Source: Lama glama (taxonomy: Eukaryota). Taken from it: a stretch of 64,000 bases of DNA. Shown here piece by piece: positions 13,290 to 27,129 of this stretch. Where the stretch lies: NCBI GenBank assembly GCA_028534125.1, contig CM052817.1:81098001-81162000 (forward strand). The letters run 5' to 3'. The translations under genes and the position numbers were made by a program. Under the pieces are notes generated by a model. The model did no database searches, was not told where the DNA came from, and worked only from the letters and a program-made list of their open reading frames with translations. Position 1 is the stretch's first letter; each line of letters starts with the position of its first letter.

Positions 13290-15560
13290 GGAACTGGGTA
13301 CTGTGTTGCTGTGTTGGACATGCAGCTCAGGTCAAGACCGTGGGCTGTAGGTGTGCTCTTTGTTACTGGGATGTCATTACTTCTAAGCTCTTCGGGTGAC
13401 AGAGCAAGGGAAATTGCGTTTACCAACTTGCTATATACACAATCTATAAATTTTCCACATGTAACCGTCTGTATCTGTATTAAACTAAAAATGAGTTCAT
13501 GCTGATACCACAAACCCTAATCCATAACCACAGGGAATATTTTAGCTCTCCTTGCTTGCTTATTTGTAAACCACTCTAACAGTGAAAAATCTGACTCTCA
13601 CCACCTGCCGTTTATGTACTTAGTTGTTCATTTTCAGTATACTGTATACCAGTACAAGAAACGTTAACCTGTACTCTCATGGGAAAAAAGAAACAAAACT
13701 TAATCAACTAGAGTAGAGTGTTTATGTCCTTGTCTTTTTGCTTTAATTTGTCTTAAGTATTAACAACTCCATTCATTTCCAAAGTTACTTAGGTAGGGTT
13801 TTCCTCCCATTCCCTTCAGTGAGATTTTTTTTCTCACACATTTGTAATATGGTTCTATTCTCTTGTCACCATCTGGATTCCATCCTGGGCTCCCCAAAAC
13901 TTCTAAATGATTTCTTTTTTAATTTGCATACATTAAGGTTTAATCTTTATGCTATAAAGCTCTATGGGTTTTGATAAATGCATAGTGTCATATTTCCACC
14001 ATTATGGTATTGTTCAGAATAATTTTATCACCTTAAATATCCATTGTGTCTCACCTATTCAACCCTCCCTGAGAAACCTTGGCAACCTCTGACCTTTACT
14101 TTCTCTGATTTTGCTTTTTCCAGAATGTTATATATTCAGACATACAGTAAAAAGCCTTTCCAGTCTTATTTCTTTCATTTAGCAATATGCATTTGAGGTA
14201 CCTTCAAATCTGTTTTGTGGCTCGAAAGGCTATTTCTTTTTTTCACTGAATAATATTTCATTACGTGAATATACCACAGTTTGCTTATCCATTCATCTAT
14301 TGAAGGCCATCTTGGTTAATCACATTTTTTGGTGATTATGAATAAAACTGCTAAAAAAATTCACTGGCTATGAATGAGACTTCCTGTTGCTTCACATCCT
14401 AATCAGTATTTGGTTTTGTCAGTTTCTCAGATTTTAGCCACTCTAATAGGTATGCAGAGGTTTTCCTTTGCAATTCTCTAGTGACCATTGATGTTAAACA
14501 TTTTTGCATATGCTGTTCTATTATCTGTGTCTTCTTTAATGAGTTACCTGTTCAGATCCATTGCCCATTTTTAATTAGGTTGCTTTGTTTACTTATTAAC
14601 ATTTAAATATTATTTGTATATTTTGGATACAAGTCTTGTATCAAATATGTATTTTACATGTATTTTTTCCAGTCTGTGGCTTGTCTTCTCATTCTCTTAA
14701 AAAGTATTTTCATTCTCTTAACTGACTTACTCTTACAGAGCAGACATTTTTTTATTTTAGAAAATCCAAGTCATTTTTTTTTTCCTTTGTAGTTCATGCT
14801 TTTGAAGTTGTACCTAAAAACTCATTACCAAACACAAGGCTGTCTGGATCTTCTCCTTTGTTTTCTTCTAAAAGTTTTGGAGTTTTGCATTTTACATTTA
14901 GAATTGTGATTCATTTTGAGTTAATTTTTGTGAAAGGTCTGTTTCTGTTGTTTCTGTGTCTAGTTTTTTTTTCTTTTCTTTTTTCTTTTTTGGCATAGGG
15001 ATGTCTTATTGTTCCAGCACTATTTGTTGAAAAGACTATCCTTTCTCCACTGAATTGCTTTGACTTCTTTGTCAAAGATCAGGTGCCTGTATTTGTGCAT
15101 GTCTATTTCTGGGCTCTCTGTTCTGTTCTGTTTATATATATATATATGTCTATTCTTTTCCACTATCAGGAGCTGTTTTGATTACTGTAGCATTATAATA
15201 AGTCTTGAAATCAAGTAATGTGAGTCCTTCAAATTTGTTCTTTTTCTTCAATATTGTGTTGTCTCTTCTTGGTCTTTTGCCTTTCCATATAAAGGGTAGA
15301 TTGCTGAGATTTTGACTGGGATTTTGTTGAATCTGTAGATCAAGTTAGCAAGAGGAACTGACATTTTAATAATATCTTCCAATCACAAACATGGAATATT
15401 TCTCCATTTATTTTGATCTTTAATTTATTTCATCAGAGATTTTATAGTTTTCCATGTATAAATTCTGTATGTATATTGTTAGATTTATGCATAAGTATTT
15501 TGGTGCCACTTTAAATGGCATTTTTTTTATTTCAAACTTTAATTGTTCCTTCATTTCTGC
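13290..15560 (-). mobile_element. L1MC/L1MD-type LINE-1, ~2.3 kb 3' portion
   Basis: Continuous T-rich antisense L1: 3' UTR, then ORF2 remnants such as gttccagcactatttgttgaaaagactatcctttctccactgaattgc and gattttgactgggattttgttgaatctgtagatcaagtt. Confidence 0.9.
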
Positions 15561-16389
15561 CTTCATTTTTCATAATGTCTTATTTTTTAATAAGATATTA
15601 AAGGTAGAGTGAATTCCTTCCTTTGTCACTTTGAGGACCTAAATATACTTTAAAAAATTTCAGTCTATTCTACATAATTATTTTTCTATGAGGTTAATTA
15701 ATATTGTAGATTTTTTTTGACTACTTATTAGAATTCTACCTTTGAAGTGTTGGTTTGAAGGCTCATTTGACAGAGAAGTACTTTTGCTGGTTCATATTCT
15801 CCCTTTCTTCAACCTTCTGGATAGCAACTAGATCCTCAAATGAGAACCAGAACTATAATTAATGACATTTCAGTGCACCTGTTTGTAATTATATTGACAA
15901 TGTCATCAACTCAGTGGGTGGTTTAATTCAGTTCTGTATCGAGAGGCTTCCCCTACCTCTTTAGGCTTACATCTTGCCGAAAACTGTGACTTTAGGTGGT
16001 AGTCAGAATCAGTTTCCTTAACTTGCTTTCATGAGGGGACTCAAGATGCTACTTCCATAGCTTTTGGATTCTCTGTCTAACCTTGGATCCAGTAACTCTG
16101 TCATGTGGAACACTAAGTTCTCATTGCCTCTAAGAGCTGAGTTGCCTTTTTTAACTTGTAGTTTAGCACCATACTTCATTTTGCATATTAGTTCTACTTC
16201 TTGTACAAGGACCCTTTTTTACCCCTGTTTTTATATATTGTCCTACTCTATTGATTGTCCTAATATCTTCCACTGAGTTTGAGCTTCTGCCATTCTACCT
16301 TTGAGTCAATTTCCAAATTTCAAGTCATTTTCCCTCTAATGCTTGTCTGTTTACTTCAGTTTTTTATTAAACAGATATTGCTCACAATA

Positions 16390-19035
16390 TTAACAAATTA
16401 GGGTAGAGAATGTGTGTTGAAATGTATGACAAATATAGTGGCTTACATAATACAGAGTCTATTTTTCTCCTGTATAACAACCCTGAGGTAAACAAGAGGA
16501 TCTAGGTGAGTAGGTGGCTCTGCCATCCTCAACATTTGACTTTCACTCAGAGTCCATGTATCATTGCACTGGCATGTCATCTCCCAGCCAGCAGAAAGTG
16601 GGAATAGGACTAGAAATGCAGTCTTCCAATTTCTCTGAGAACGAAAAGAACATGCTTTCTTATCTTGGTACTCAACAGTTCTGAGACCAAGCATATTTTC
16701 CTGTTTGTGCACTAAGCATTATTGGGACCGTAGAGAAATTAATCAACAAACTGCTTCAGAAAATAATTGTTCCTGAAAGATAAGATGGAAAACCAATCAA
16801 AATGCCTTACTCATGGAGATGAACAACTTTTTAGTCTAGAGTGGCTAATATCCTTGTCTTGGTTGTACCCACCAATCTAAAGTTATTCTGTCATCAACAC
16901 TGCTTTATTTCAACTATTATTTTACCTTACAAGTTCTGTGTTAAAAATCACTCATCCTAGTCCTCAGAGTCTACAAATGTTTTTCCTTGGATTCTCCTTT
17001 CTGAGACACTTCTGTTCAGATGATGCTGTCTTTTGATGTAGTAGGTTTAATAAACTTAGCCTTACTTGATTAACAATTGTTTCTAGTGGTATTTTGGGGA
17101 AACTACTTTCCATATGATTAAGGACAAAAACTGCAAATGGCACAGATCATTTCTGCAAATTCCATTGGCCGTAAGTTTGTCATATCTCCTCATTTAGGTC
17201 AAAGTTGGGAATTGTAGTATTTGATTTTATAGATTTGTGTCCTGCTAAAAATATGTTATTATAGAAGAAGGAGAAATTGATACTGGGAGACTACTAGTAG
17301 TGTGGCATAGACCACATAGATCATATAAATATTCATATTTATCCTTCCCATCTATTCACCATTTCTGAGGGGAAGACTAAAAAAAATCTCTGGTCAGTTT
17401 ATGCCGTATTATTTAGGTGATATTTAGACTTCTCCATCAGGTCTGGACAGCGATCTAACAATGTATAACAGACAATTACCAATAATCCTTGCCCTCTATA
17501 TTCAGTAGTAGATAAGAAATAGGTTAGCTTCAAGCTCCCATTTTGAAAAGGACTAATGGAAAAAGCATAGTCATAACAATAATGAATGCCTGAGAAGCAG
17601 AAATTGTGAAGACTCTCTTTAAAGCCAGTAGAGAAATTTTTTTGTTGTTGTTGTTAACATCTGTTTCTACTCTCTGGGAAAAACTCCCTGTTCATTGTCC
17701 TCCATGAGAACTGGGGGACTCTTGCTTGTCTGTTATTGCCCTTGGCCTCATATGAAATTTGCACTGGGGAATATGCAGGCTTGAGGAGGTTCACAACCTC
17801 TTTTTGTAGGGAATAGATCAAGCATAAACCTTTGTAATATAGGCTCACAATGTCTTTGTCAATACAAGTATCTCAAAACTAATAGGCTTCCAGTCTATCT
17901 GCTCGTAGCCAGTTTCTTATGAATTAACTACAGCCAAGGATCTTGTCTAGTCATGGATCTTAAACTTGCCCAAATCCATTTTAGTTACTGGCCTCGGGAG
18001 TTGGCCCATCTCTTTCCCTCTATTTAATAGCAACTGCCTCGAGGCTACCTGAAACAATAGGGATTGGAAAGCAGCATTTCAGTCTAGTCCATGATCTGGC
18101 TAGCAGCTTCCATTGTCTGGCCAGGATTACTTGAGGCTCAGGTCTCAATCTTACCTCATTATGTTTAAGGTTTAGCAGTCTTGGCTTTCCAACCATGTAC
18201 AAGTCAAAATTACTTGCCGCCCCTCACAGTTTATATAGATTGCGGGCTGCAGGCAGAGAGTCTCCCTTATCAGAATATATTTTCCATCACATCTGCTTGA
18301 AAGGCCTCTCATCAGAGTTTCTATCCTGTTACTTGTCTAAAAGCTACAAACCATCAGTCAACATACGCCAATATTGTACATCATTTTTGTGAGCTCACTA
18401 AAGTACGGGCTCTACTGACATTCGATTTTTCTTTCCAAATTATCTGAGGTAACAGTTTTAACAAATTTGGTTAATGGCCATAATACTACTAGAATAACTG
18501 GAATCAGCAATTTCTGTATTCATAATACTTGCTATTTGCCTGCTAAGCCAGTCACACACATTTATCCTTATATTATTTAAGCATCCTCCTTCTTACACAA
18601 ATCTTGGCTTAAATTAGGCATCAACCACAATGACATTAAAAAAAGATAGATTTTTTATTTCCCTCTCATGTAGCAGTCCACATGTAGACAGTTGATTCAG
18701 GGTGGTTAGACATCGCTGCCAATATGCCTCAACAAAGGGCCTCTATTGATGGATTTAAGGCAGCTTCTCTGGTTCTCACCAACTCCCACCCAGTAGGAAA
18801 AGGAAAAAGAACAACAAAGGTACACATACAATTGTTCCAAGGCCAAGATTAAAAAGTAGTACTTATCTCTTTTGCTCGCATCCTATTGGCCAAAATTTAG
18901 CCACAGCTACAACTAGCCACAAGGAAGACGAGGAATTAATTTAGATTTTAGCAGTATAGCTGTGGGCAAGCTATAACTTGATTACCATGAAGAAAGGGAA
19001 AATAAATATTAAAGGTTAGCCAAGAGTGTTTCACA
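16390..19035 (-). mobile_element. Putative full-length MLT1(I/J-like) MaLR provirus: LTR, internal region, LTR
   Basis: Two co-oriented degenerate MLT1-type LTRs (~16390-17310 interrupted; ~18605-19035) share landmarks (cattggcc/ctattggcc; gaagaaggagaaattgata/gaagaaagggaaaataaata). They flank ~1.3 kb whose edge (aagccagtcacacacattt...agcatcctccttctt) resembles the MLT1-int terminus. Confidence 0.6.
16636..17107 (+). mobile_element. ERV1-class solo LTR nested in the MLT1 LTR
   Basis: Begins TGAGAACGAAAAG, has CCAAT boxes and AATAAA near 17049 followed by a short U5-like segment. The host LTR resumes after it. Confidence 0.6.
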
Positions 19036-19229
19036 GGGAGGCACATGACATGTGTAAAATGCAGACCCTGGCACCAGGAAGCTCTGGGTTGCTGTCAGGC
19101 ATCTCACTTAGATAAAGGAAAACTGTAAGGGTACTTCTCCACGAAATCTCCCTTCTAACAGGAAAACTTGTCTCACAGCCCTTCAATTAGGTTGGCAGTT
19201 GGCAAAAATATCACCTGATCTTGGCCTCT

Positions 19230-19610
19230 AGAAACCTTCACTGGATCAGGCTTACCTAGCTGGACCAATAAAATTACTTTTTTTAGGAATGGAGAAATAA
19301 AACAAATCTAACAAGGTGAGCCAAGCAAATTCTTTCTCCCATAATAGAAAATGTAGAGTATACAAGGGTATGATTATAGAGAGAAACTCATGTCTGTTGC
19401 TAGACCTGACCTAATGAAAGGGCCAAAAACAAGAGACCAACACCATGAAGAGAAGGTGAAGAACAGAGTAGCTGATGACCAGTCTCCAGTTTTCATGAGT
19501 CCTGACTGTATATTCTGGGATTTATTTCCATGAGATTCCTCCATATCATGCAATATTCTTTCTTCCTTGAACCATTTGAGTTTTTTTTCCTTATCAGAAA
19601 ATATTTTCTG
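19230..19610 (+). mobile_element. ERVL-type LTR fragment (LTR33/LTR16-like)
   Basis: cctagctggaccaataaaattac and ccatgagattcctcc...cttgaaccatttgagtttt resemble old ERVL LTR landmarks. Confidence 0.4.
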
Positions 19611-20709
19611 ATTCAAGAAGTATCAATACAATCTCAAGATCGCTCAGTCTAACGCAGAGAAATAGACAAATAAATACTGTAGTTCGGGTCCTCGACACAA
19701 TGCCATCACAGAGGGAACATTTATCTCATTAGATCAGGGAAGCTTGGCCTTGAGTGTGAGTGAGATTCTATCAGTTGGAGTAGGAAAGACAAGAAGGCTG
19801 CAAGGTAGGGCAGAATTTTTCAGGTTAGAGCGTATTTATGCAGAAGAGAGTATTTCCATGTGTTTAGAGTTTTTATCTGTTCCATAAATGTCAGTAAACA
19901 CTGAGAGGTCTCTCTTTTTAAAACTGAGAATTTGCCAAAGCGTGGGTTTCATATTTCTGTCCTGAGATGTTTAGTTACTGGAACTATTAGAAATGTCTTT
20001 ATTAATAAACAGTGTAGTGACAGTGTGATGATGAAGGAAGGGCTACATGAAATATGTAAAGCTCAATAAGTACCCAGTCCTCCTTGTTTTATTTTGTTTT
20101 GTTTTATGTTATGGGGTATTCTACAGGAGAAAAAAATGTCTTTTTTCCCCTAAAACATTCCTCTCTGAGTTTATTCTAGATATTCTGACCATTTTACTAG
20201 TTGCATAATTGTGTGGCAAATAATACATATATTTTAAAAAATCTATTCTATGATATAAGTGGCTTTATTTTCATTAATTAGGAAGAAGAGGAGGTTCATT
20301 TTGGAATAGAATGGCTTCTGCTTCAAACAGACAAATCTCATCATTAATTGGCAGGCTGTAGTCAATTAATATCCAATATGACAGACCAGGTGGCCAGATC
20401 CTGGGATAAGTTTCAAAAGAAAGTACACAAAGTAAATATGTACCTTCTCATCTGGCAGACAAGGATTTGGAAGATGTGCTGAATATTGGCTTATTGTTAG
20501 CCAGAAGATCATAGCTGTTTAGTGTACTGCATTAACTACAGTCGTGTTCAGTTTGATTGTCTTCAAAAGATGCAACTTGGAACATTAACATGATAAACTG
20601 CTGTGGAAATGGATAGGTTTGTTGCCTAAATACCAAAGAAAGTGTAAATATATTTCAACTTCAAAGTTTGCTTTCAAAAAGATATTCATTCTTAAGCTGG
20701 AAAGATACT

Positions 20710-21300
20710 GGTAGACCTTTCTTCTGAGCTTCAGGTTGATCGATGCACTAGCCTACTTGATATCTCCACTTGTCTCACTCACTTACCATGTTCAAAACTG
20801 CACTTTTGATCTTACTTAACCCACAGCTAATACAGTGTTTTCCTCATCTCAGTAAGTGGTTCTTCCTTGTACCTCAGTGCATAAGCCAAAAGTCTGAAAA
20901 TAATCCTTGACATCAGCCTCTCTCTTGTATATATATCCATTCCATCTCCAAAGCCTGGCTATTCTACCTACAAAGCATTTGTCACATCTCTGCACTTCTT
21001 TTCTTTCTTTGTTGCCACCATTTTATTCTAAGCTTTACCTCTCTCCTGAATGACTGAAATAATTTCCCAATTCTTCCTACTTCCATTCTTGCCAGTCTTA
21101 ATCTGATCTATACACAATTAAAAAAAATTTACAAACAGTTTTCAGAATATCTTCAAGATATTTTTGGATCAATTTTATCTCTTATTCAAAGTCTTTGATT
21201 GTCATCTCATTACATTAAGATAAAAGACAAAATTATTTGCCCTGTGTGTTCTGTCCCTTGCTTGCTTCTCTAGATTCTTACTACACTGTCTCCCTTCTAC
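20710..21300 (+). mobile_element. L2 LINE fragment
   Basis: gcctacttgatatctccactt...accatgttcaaaactgcacttttgatc...aagccaaaagtctgaaaataatccttgacatc (sense L2 ORF2 3' region). Confidence 0.8.
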
Positions 21301-22240
21301 TCAAGGGTGAACTTAGAGGTGGAGGAGATTGATGTGAATTTAAAAGCATTTCTTGAACAAATTGTTTACAACCAAAACTCCTTTGAAATTCACACCACCA
21401 GCCCTCATATCCTCAGCACCTCCCCATGTGGACATTCATAGACTTCCAGATCACTTTGCCTTGTTAACTGAGAATTTTGGCATTGGCTGAAAGACTTGTC
21501 TTTCTGTTCTTTTCTTGGGAAATAATGGATTTTCCAGACATTGTTTGTTTTCATATTTCTTGACTTCATGAACTCTGATAAATATTAAGGATCTTCCAAT
21601 TTACTAACTTATATCCTAACTTGTACTAACTTGCTGTTTGATAAAATTTTATCATGCATTTCTTATGCATTAATTCTTAAATTTAAATATCCCCAGATTT
21701 CTTCCTGACATTTCATACCGTTCCTTCTTTTATTCCTGTTTTATTTATCTTATAAAGTTCTCCGATTTATGGTGCTTCCATTTCTTCTGTTTTATGATCC
21801 TCCTTGCTCACTAGCACTGAGTCCCATTTCAAAAAACTTAAAAAGCTTAAAAAACCTTTTACAGAGACCCTCGGTATTATAGTAGAAAAACAAAAATGTG
21901 GACACATACTTCTTCTCTGTCAAGCTTATGACTTTGGCAAGTTACTCAATAGTTGCTTATTCCAGAGTCTAGCTTCTTCTGTTCTCTGCTTGTACGGCTT
22001 ACTGCAACTAGGAGAAAGTTGCCACTAAAAATGCTTGGTCTAAAACCTGAGTCAAACCATCCAGCACCTAACCCAACCTTGTCCAGTCAGTCCTTTCAGG
22101 GGCCATTCTATACATTCAATGTTTTCTTCAATTTCTCTGCTTTCTTTTATCTCTTGACTCTCATAGGTAATTTTCTTTTTACTTCTAGGGTCTTGCAAAA
22201 AATTTATATATAGTAGAGAATCATAAAGATATATTTAATT

Positions 22241-22410
22241 CAGCAGTTCTCAGCTCGGAGGGTAAATTAGAACCATCTGGGAGCTTTTAAAAATACTGAT
22301 GTCAGGATTCTATCTTAGACCAAATAAATTGAACTCTGAGAATGGTGCTCTAATATGGGTATTTTAAAGAAACTCCCAAGTTTTAATGTGCAGCAAGAAT
22401 TAATCCATTG
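22241..22410. mobile_element. MER5-type hAT-Charlie MITE
   Basis: cagcagttctcag...ttagaaccatctgggagcttttaaaaatactgatg...ttttaatgtgcagc. Confidence 0.8.
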
Positions 22411-25400
22411 AACCATCAAAACTGCATTAAAACTAGGGTCTTCTGATAATCGAAAATATCAGAATAAGTCAATAACAGTGGACAAATGGAGTTTGAATAT
22501 CCACGTTATCCAGCTTAGACCGACCTTGTGATCTGCCACGTGCTGTAGGTGAATTAGCATGTTCTCCAGAGAGCAGCGGTGTTGCATACACAAATAAGAA
22601 TTGATCATCAAAGTGATAGCTATAAACCTGCTGAGAAATGCCTTTTCTGTTCCTTCCCTGAGGCTTCAGGAAGCTACCTCTTCCTTGGATAAACCTGTTG
22701 AAGGTGGGCAGATTGGCTGGCAGCTTCTCTTAAATGTTGGTATTTGAACTTGGCCTAGGCAAGCACCTCTTGTAATTTACTTTACACTTGGCTGAAAGAA
22801 GATGATTTTATATTTGGGCTAGGGATGAAAGGAGCTTCTGTTTCCCTCTGGGGACCTATGAAGGATGAGAATATTTACTGTGTGTGGTTTTCCCCCCTTT
22901 CCTTGAAAAGAAATAAAACCACATTGTGCTGTTGCTTCACCTAGTTCAGGCGTGCAGAGCCAAGTAAGCTCCATTCCTCCTGTAGCAAGATGTGTTACAA
23001 AAAGCTTGATTTGTTTCTGATAACCCAGTGGTGGCATATACCTAATAACTGATTTTATTGTAATATTCCTGAGTGTAAAAGCATCATTGCTGCTTCACAT
23101 CTTCAGCAAATAATTAAATCTTAGTTTACTGAGACTTCAGATAAGATAACTCAGCCGTTTTGTTTAAGTTATATGCCAATTAAAAAAAATCTCTAGTGCT
23201 TGGTAGATCTGTATACCAAATATCACAAAGAAATGTAGGAAACATAAAAAAAGAGGGTCAGTATTTAACAATCAATCTAGAATAAATTTTAAAGAAATTG
23301 CATAAAGGAAAGAAAGTCATCTTGCTTACCTAAGGAAACTTATCAACTTTTATTTTGACTTCTTGTACTGTTCCAAATAGCTAAAACAGGATTTTATAGA
23401 ATTTTTCAAGAAGTGAGAAAATGGCCTTTTGGCTTTGTCATTGTTGTTGTTTAACATATCAGGTTACATTCTGAACCAGAAATGTTATAAACAATTTGGA
23501 AATGACTGAGAATAGTCATGTATAAGTAAAACCACAGGTAGAATATAATTCTATTGCTAGGAAAAGGCACCTTAACATATAAATTTTTGAAATATTTATT
23601 AAATATTCCCAATATTTTATTGTTATTTAATATTTTAAGTGAACCAATTCAGACTGTAAGCATTTCTCCATGATTTTATTGGTTGAATTATGTACACAAT
23701 GTGCTAAGTATGATGCCTAGCACATAGTAGAAAACAAGAAAATATTTTGGATTGATTGTTTAATATCATTAATACCACCTAATTTTTACCTTATAATGTT
23801 CTCAATAGTAATTTTTATTTTGACTATACTTTGTATTTTAATTTTTACCTATAGTAAAACAAAATAGAAAAATGAAGACTAAATGAAATTTGTATGTTCA
23901 TTATTAGCAATTAATTTCTGAATTTTTACTTCCCACACCTTTTACTTTCCTTTCCTACCTAGCAAAATTTTTATGAGCATAGGTTATAAAGTGGTAAGGG
24001 AGGTATATAAGTAAAAAGAGAAACTTAAAGAAAGAGAAAATAAATTAGAAAAGAAAAAAATATTTAAGTAAGGGCATGGAATGGTTATCTCTAACAAATG
24101 GAGGTATTTTATCTTAACAGAACTTTGATTAATTAAGAGTAGTTACACAATTCTTAATTAAGAGGAAATTTTTTTCTGTGACTTTCAATAAGTGATAATT
24201 ATATGTTGAGGTTACCTACAGCATGCCGAGCACTTAGAAATTCTAAAGGAAGAGAAGAGTTGGGACCGCTATCTGGAGCATCAGCACTGAGTGTCAGCTT
24301 CTCTGTGTTGGTGTGTAGAGTTTATGTGTGATGTATGTGAATGAAGATGTGTGGGCTGTGCCCTGGTTCAAACTTGAGGATACCTATCTTCTTCTAGGAT
24401 ATAGGGTTATGCTCCATAGATTTGATGGAGTTTTCTTTGTTGGTTTGTTCATTTGTTTTAAGAAATTATGTATTTTACTTTTTACAAAATAACTAAAATC
24501 CCATATTTTTATCCTTCTTTGGAAACGTAGGGACAGAGCAAACTTAATTCACCCTTCCAAAGCCTGCAAATGCTCACTTTGGTACAATATATTTGGAATG
24601 TGAACTCAATTTAGTGTTCTGAAATGTGGATTTTTCTTTTCTTGGATTGTATGCAGAATCTCTTCTCCTATCGGAATTAAAACTATTCTTCTTTGCTGCC
24701 ATATTGGAGGAAATCCAATCAAAACCACATGTTGATTTCAATATGAATTCCTCAGCTTAGAAATGAGTCAAGAAGTAGCAAGAAGAACTTGTGATTGAGA
24801 TCTCAACAGAAATAATTTAAGTCTTTCAAAATCCATGCTAATAAAATGCTAATGTTCAATGAACACTTAAGGGTATTGCTGATGGCGTATTTCCACTTCA
24901 TTGTAAAGTTGAGGAATTAGCTGAACAATTTCAAAGAAATATACATATATATTCCTCTTCTCTTTAGATGATTCATAGAGAAATACACTTTTCTACTAAT
25001 TTATCCTTTCATTATGCTTGCTTCTAGCACGCTTATCTAAAAGCTGTGAGGTCCAGAGAGTTCATGCTATTTACTGTATAGGGTTTAGAATAATAATTTT
25101 GTCCTTAGTAATACCTATAATTAAACATAAATTATTAGAATTATCTAATGTTTGAGAAGAAAATAGAACAAAGTTTTGAAGATCTGCATTTAATTTCTCA
25201 TCTGATATTCCCTCATAATTGGCTGTGAGGGCTTTCATAGTTTAATGCACATTTTCAGCCTTGACTTTAATATATTATCTATAAAACAAATAAGTGGATT
25301 AGAGGTTTATATCAAATCTCTTAAAGTATTATGTGATGTTACTAACTTTTGAGAAGACTCTTTCTTATTTAATTCTCTAATCACAGGGAATACAGTTTAA

Positions 25401-26093
25401 ATGAAATGTGACTAGGCAGTTATTTTCCTTGTGCACAGAGAATAAGGATGATAAGGTTACCTTCACAAAGTTTAAAACTGAAATGATGTGTAATTTTAAA
25501 ATGTCCGTATCACCTATAAGTGACTTAGAAGATGAAGTCTTGCTACTTAAAACATAAACCACTCCATTTCTAACTAAATTCATTCTGACTAAATGTCAAT
25601 GAGATTTAAAGCCTACGAAACTCTGAATACTATTCCTACAATCAAAATAAAATAAAAATAAAATATCCTTGTTTCAAATAATTATCAGTTATTTATGTGA
25701 TTAAGTTACAAAGATGGATAGTTATCATGAAAATTCCCAGGAGGCGGCAACACCTGAGCAAGTTACTTAAATTTGATACCCAGTGTTTTTAATATAAATT
25801 CTTCAGTCATCACTTTAAAGCTGCTTAGATCAGGTCTCTTTTTCATCTACAGTTCACAGAAATCAAAGAAAGAAGAGTCTGAAGCCATACCCTGGAAATT
25901 CCTGGTGGACTTTGAACATTTGTTTTCATACACTTTTACTGTTAATGTATAGCTCTGGGACAGATCCTACTAAGAGCATCTTTAGATTTAGGTTCACTTA
26001 AAAGTAATGTAGTTAGCTCCTTTCTTGTAGATTAATGCTTTAGATTTTGATCACATCTCTGTTAGACTGAGAGCTTGACCAAAAATGGGAAAA

Positions 26094-26485
26094 TGTTAAA
26101 AAGAAACTATAATTCCCAAGTGGAGTTACTTCTACTGGACCTCACCAAGACTTAATACCTAGCATAATTGCAGTTTCAGCCTCTCAGGAGTGGAATTTTA
26201 AACCAGTCAGCTTGGAATTTCCTGGTCAGCATTAGTGAGGTAATATGCACAATACGACCCCCTGAACTTCTTCCTAAAGGAAGGTGACCTAGCCTAAAAC
26301 AAATCTCTTTTCTTTTTGCTAATAACCCCCTTGTCCTGCCCCTATTTCTGTAAAAGCCTTCCTTTTTATACAGGTACTAGGGGGCTTTTTTATTTACTAG
26401 ATGGTATGCTGCCTGATTCATAAATTATTGAATAAAAGCCAATTAGATCTTCAAATTTTTTCAGTTGAATTTTGTTCTTTTAAAA
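26094..26485 (+). mobile_element. ERV1 solo LTR (MER41-like group)
   Basis: Starts TGTTAAAAAGAAA and ends ttcttttaaaa (inverted termini). Has a TATA-like ctgtaaaag and gctgcctgattcataaattattgAATAAAagccaattagatctt. Confidence 0.7.
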
Positions 26486-26499
26486 GCTTCCTGTGTTAA

Positions 26500-27010
26500 G
26501 ACTTTAAGAATTGGACATAGACCCAAGAACTAGAAAAGCAATATGTTTGGATAGAATGGAGGGAGAGAAAATGAGTTGAATTTTGAAGTGACTAGATTTT
26601 ATGTACCTAAACCAACATTTAATGGGTCTGCCCAGGTTGACTGGCTGGTGATTATTTGAAGGAGGTTTTCACAGAAAGTGGAGAAAAAAACCTAAAGATA
26701 GGTGTCATAAAGTCAAAGAAAGAAGAAATAATATTTTAAGTAGCAATGCATTAAAAAAAGTGTTAAATAAAAATTGAAAAATGACCACCATATTTAGCAA
26801 TTAGGTTCTGGTTATTTTACTGGGAGGAATTCCAATGAAGTGAAGGAGGCAGGAAAAAAAACGTAGTATGCTGTGTAAATAAGATAAGAAGAGATGGAAA
26901 CAAGAATTGTACATGGACTACTCATTCCATGAGATTGATTGTAAATGAGTTAAAGAATTTAGAAATAGAATTTGTCTAGTAAGAAGTTATTGGAAAGAAA
27001 TTATAAGCAA
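26500..27010 (-). mobile_element. L2 LINE fragment
   Basis: aatgagttgaattttgaagtg and aaaatgaccaccatatttagcaattagg resemble antisense L2. Confidence 0.55.
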
Positions 27011-27129
27011 AGGCATGAGTATAAACAGTGCTACAGAGATTGCTGGGTGGGGGACAGCTTTGCTGAAAGAGAAAGGAGCTGATACTCGGGGTTTAGTCCT
27101 TTTGGCGTAAATCTCAGTTTTGATGACAG

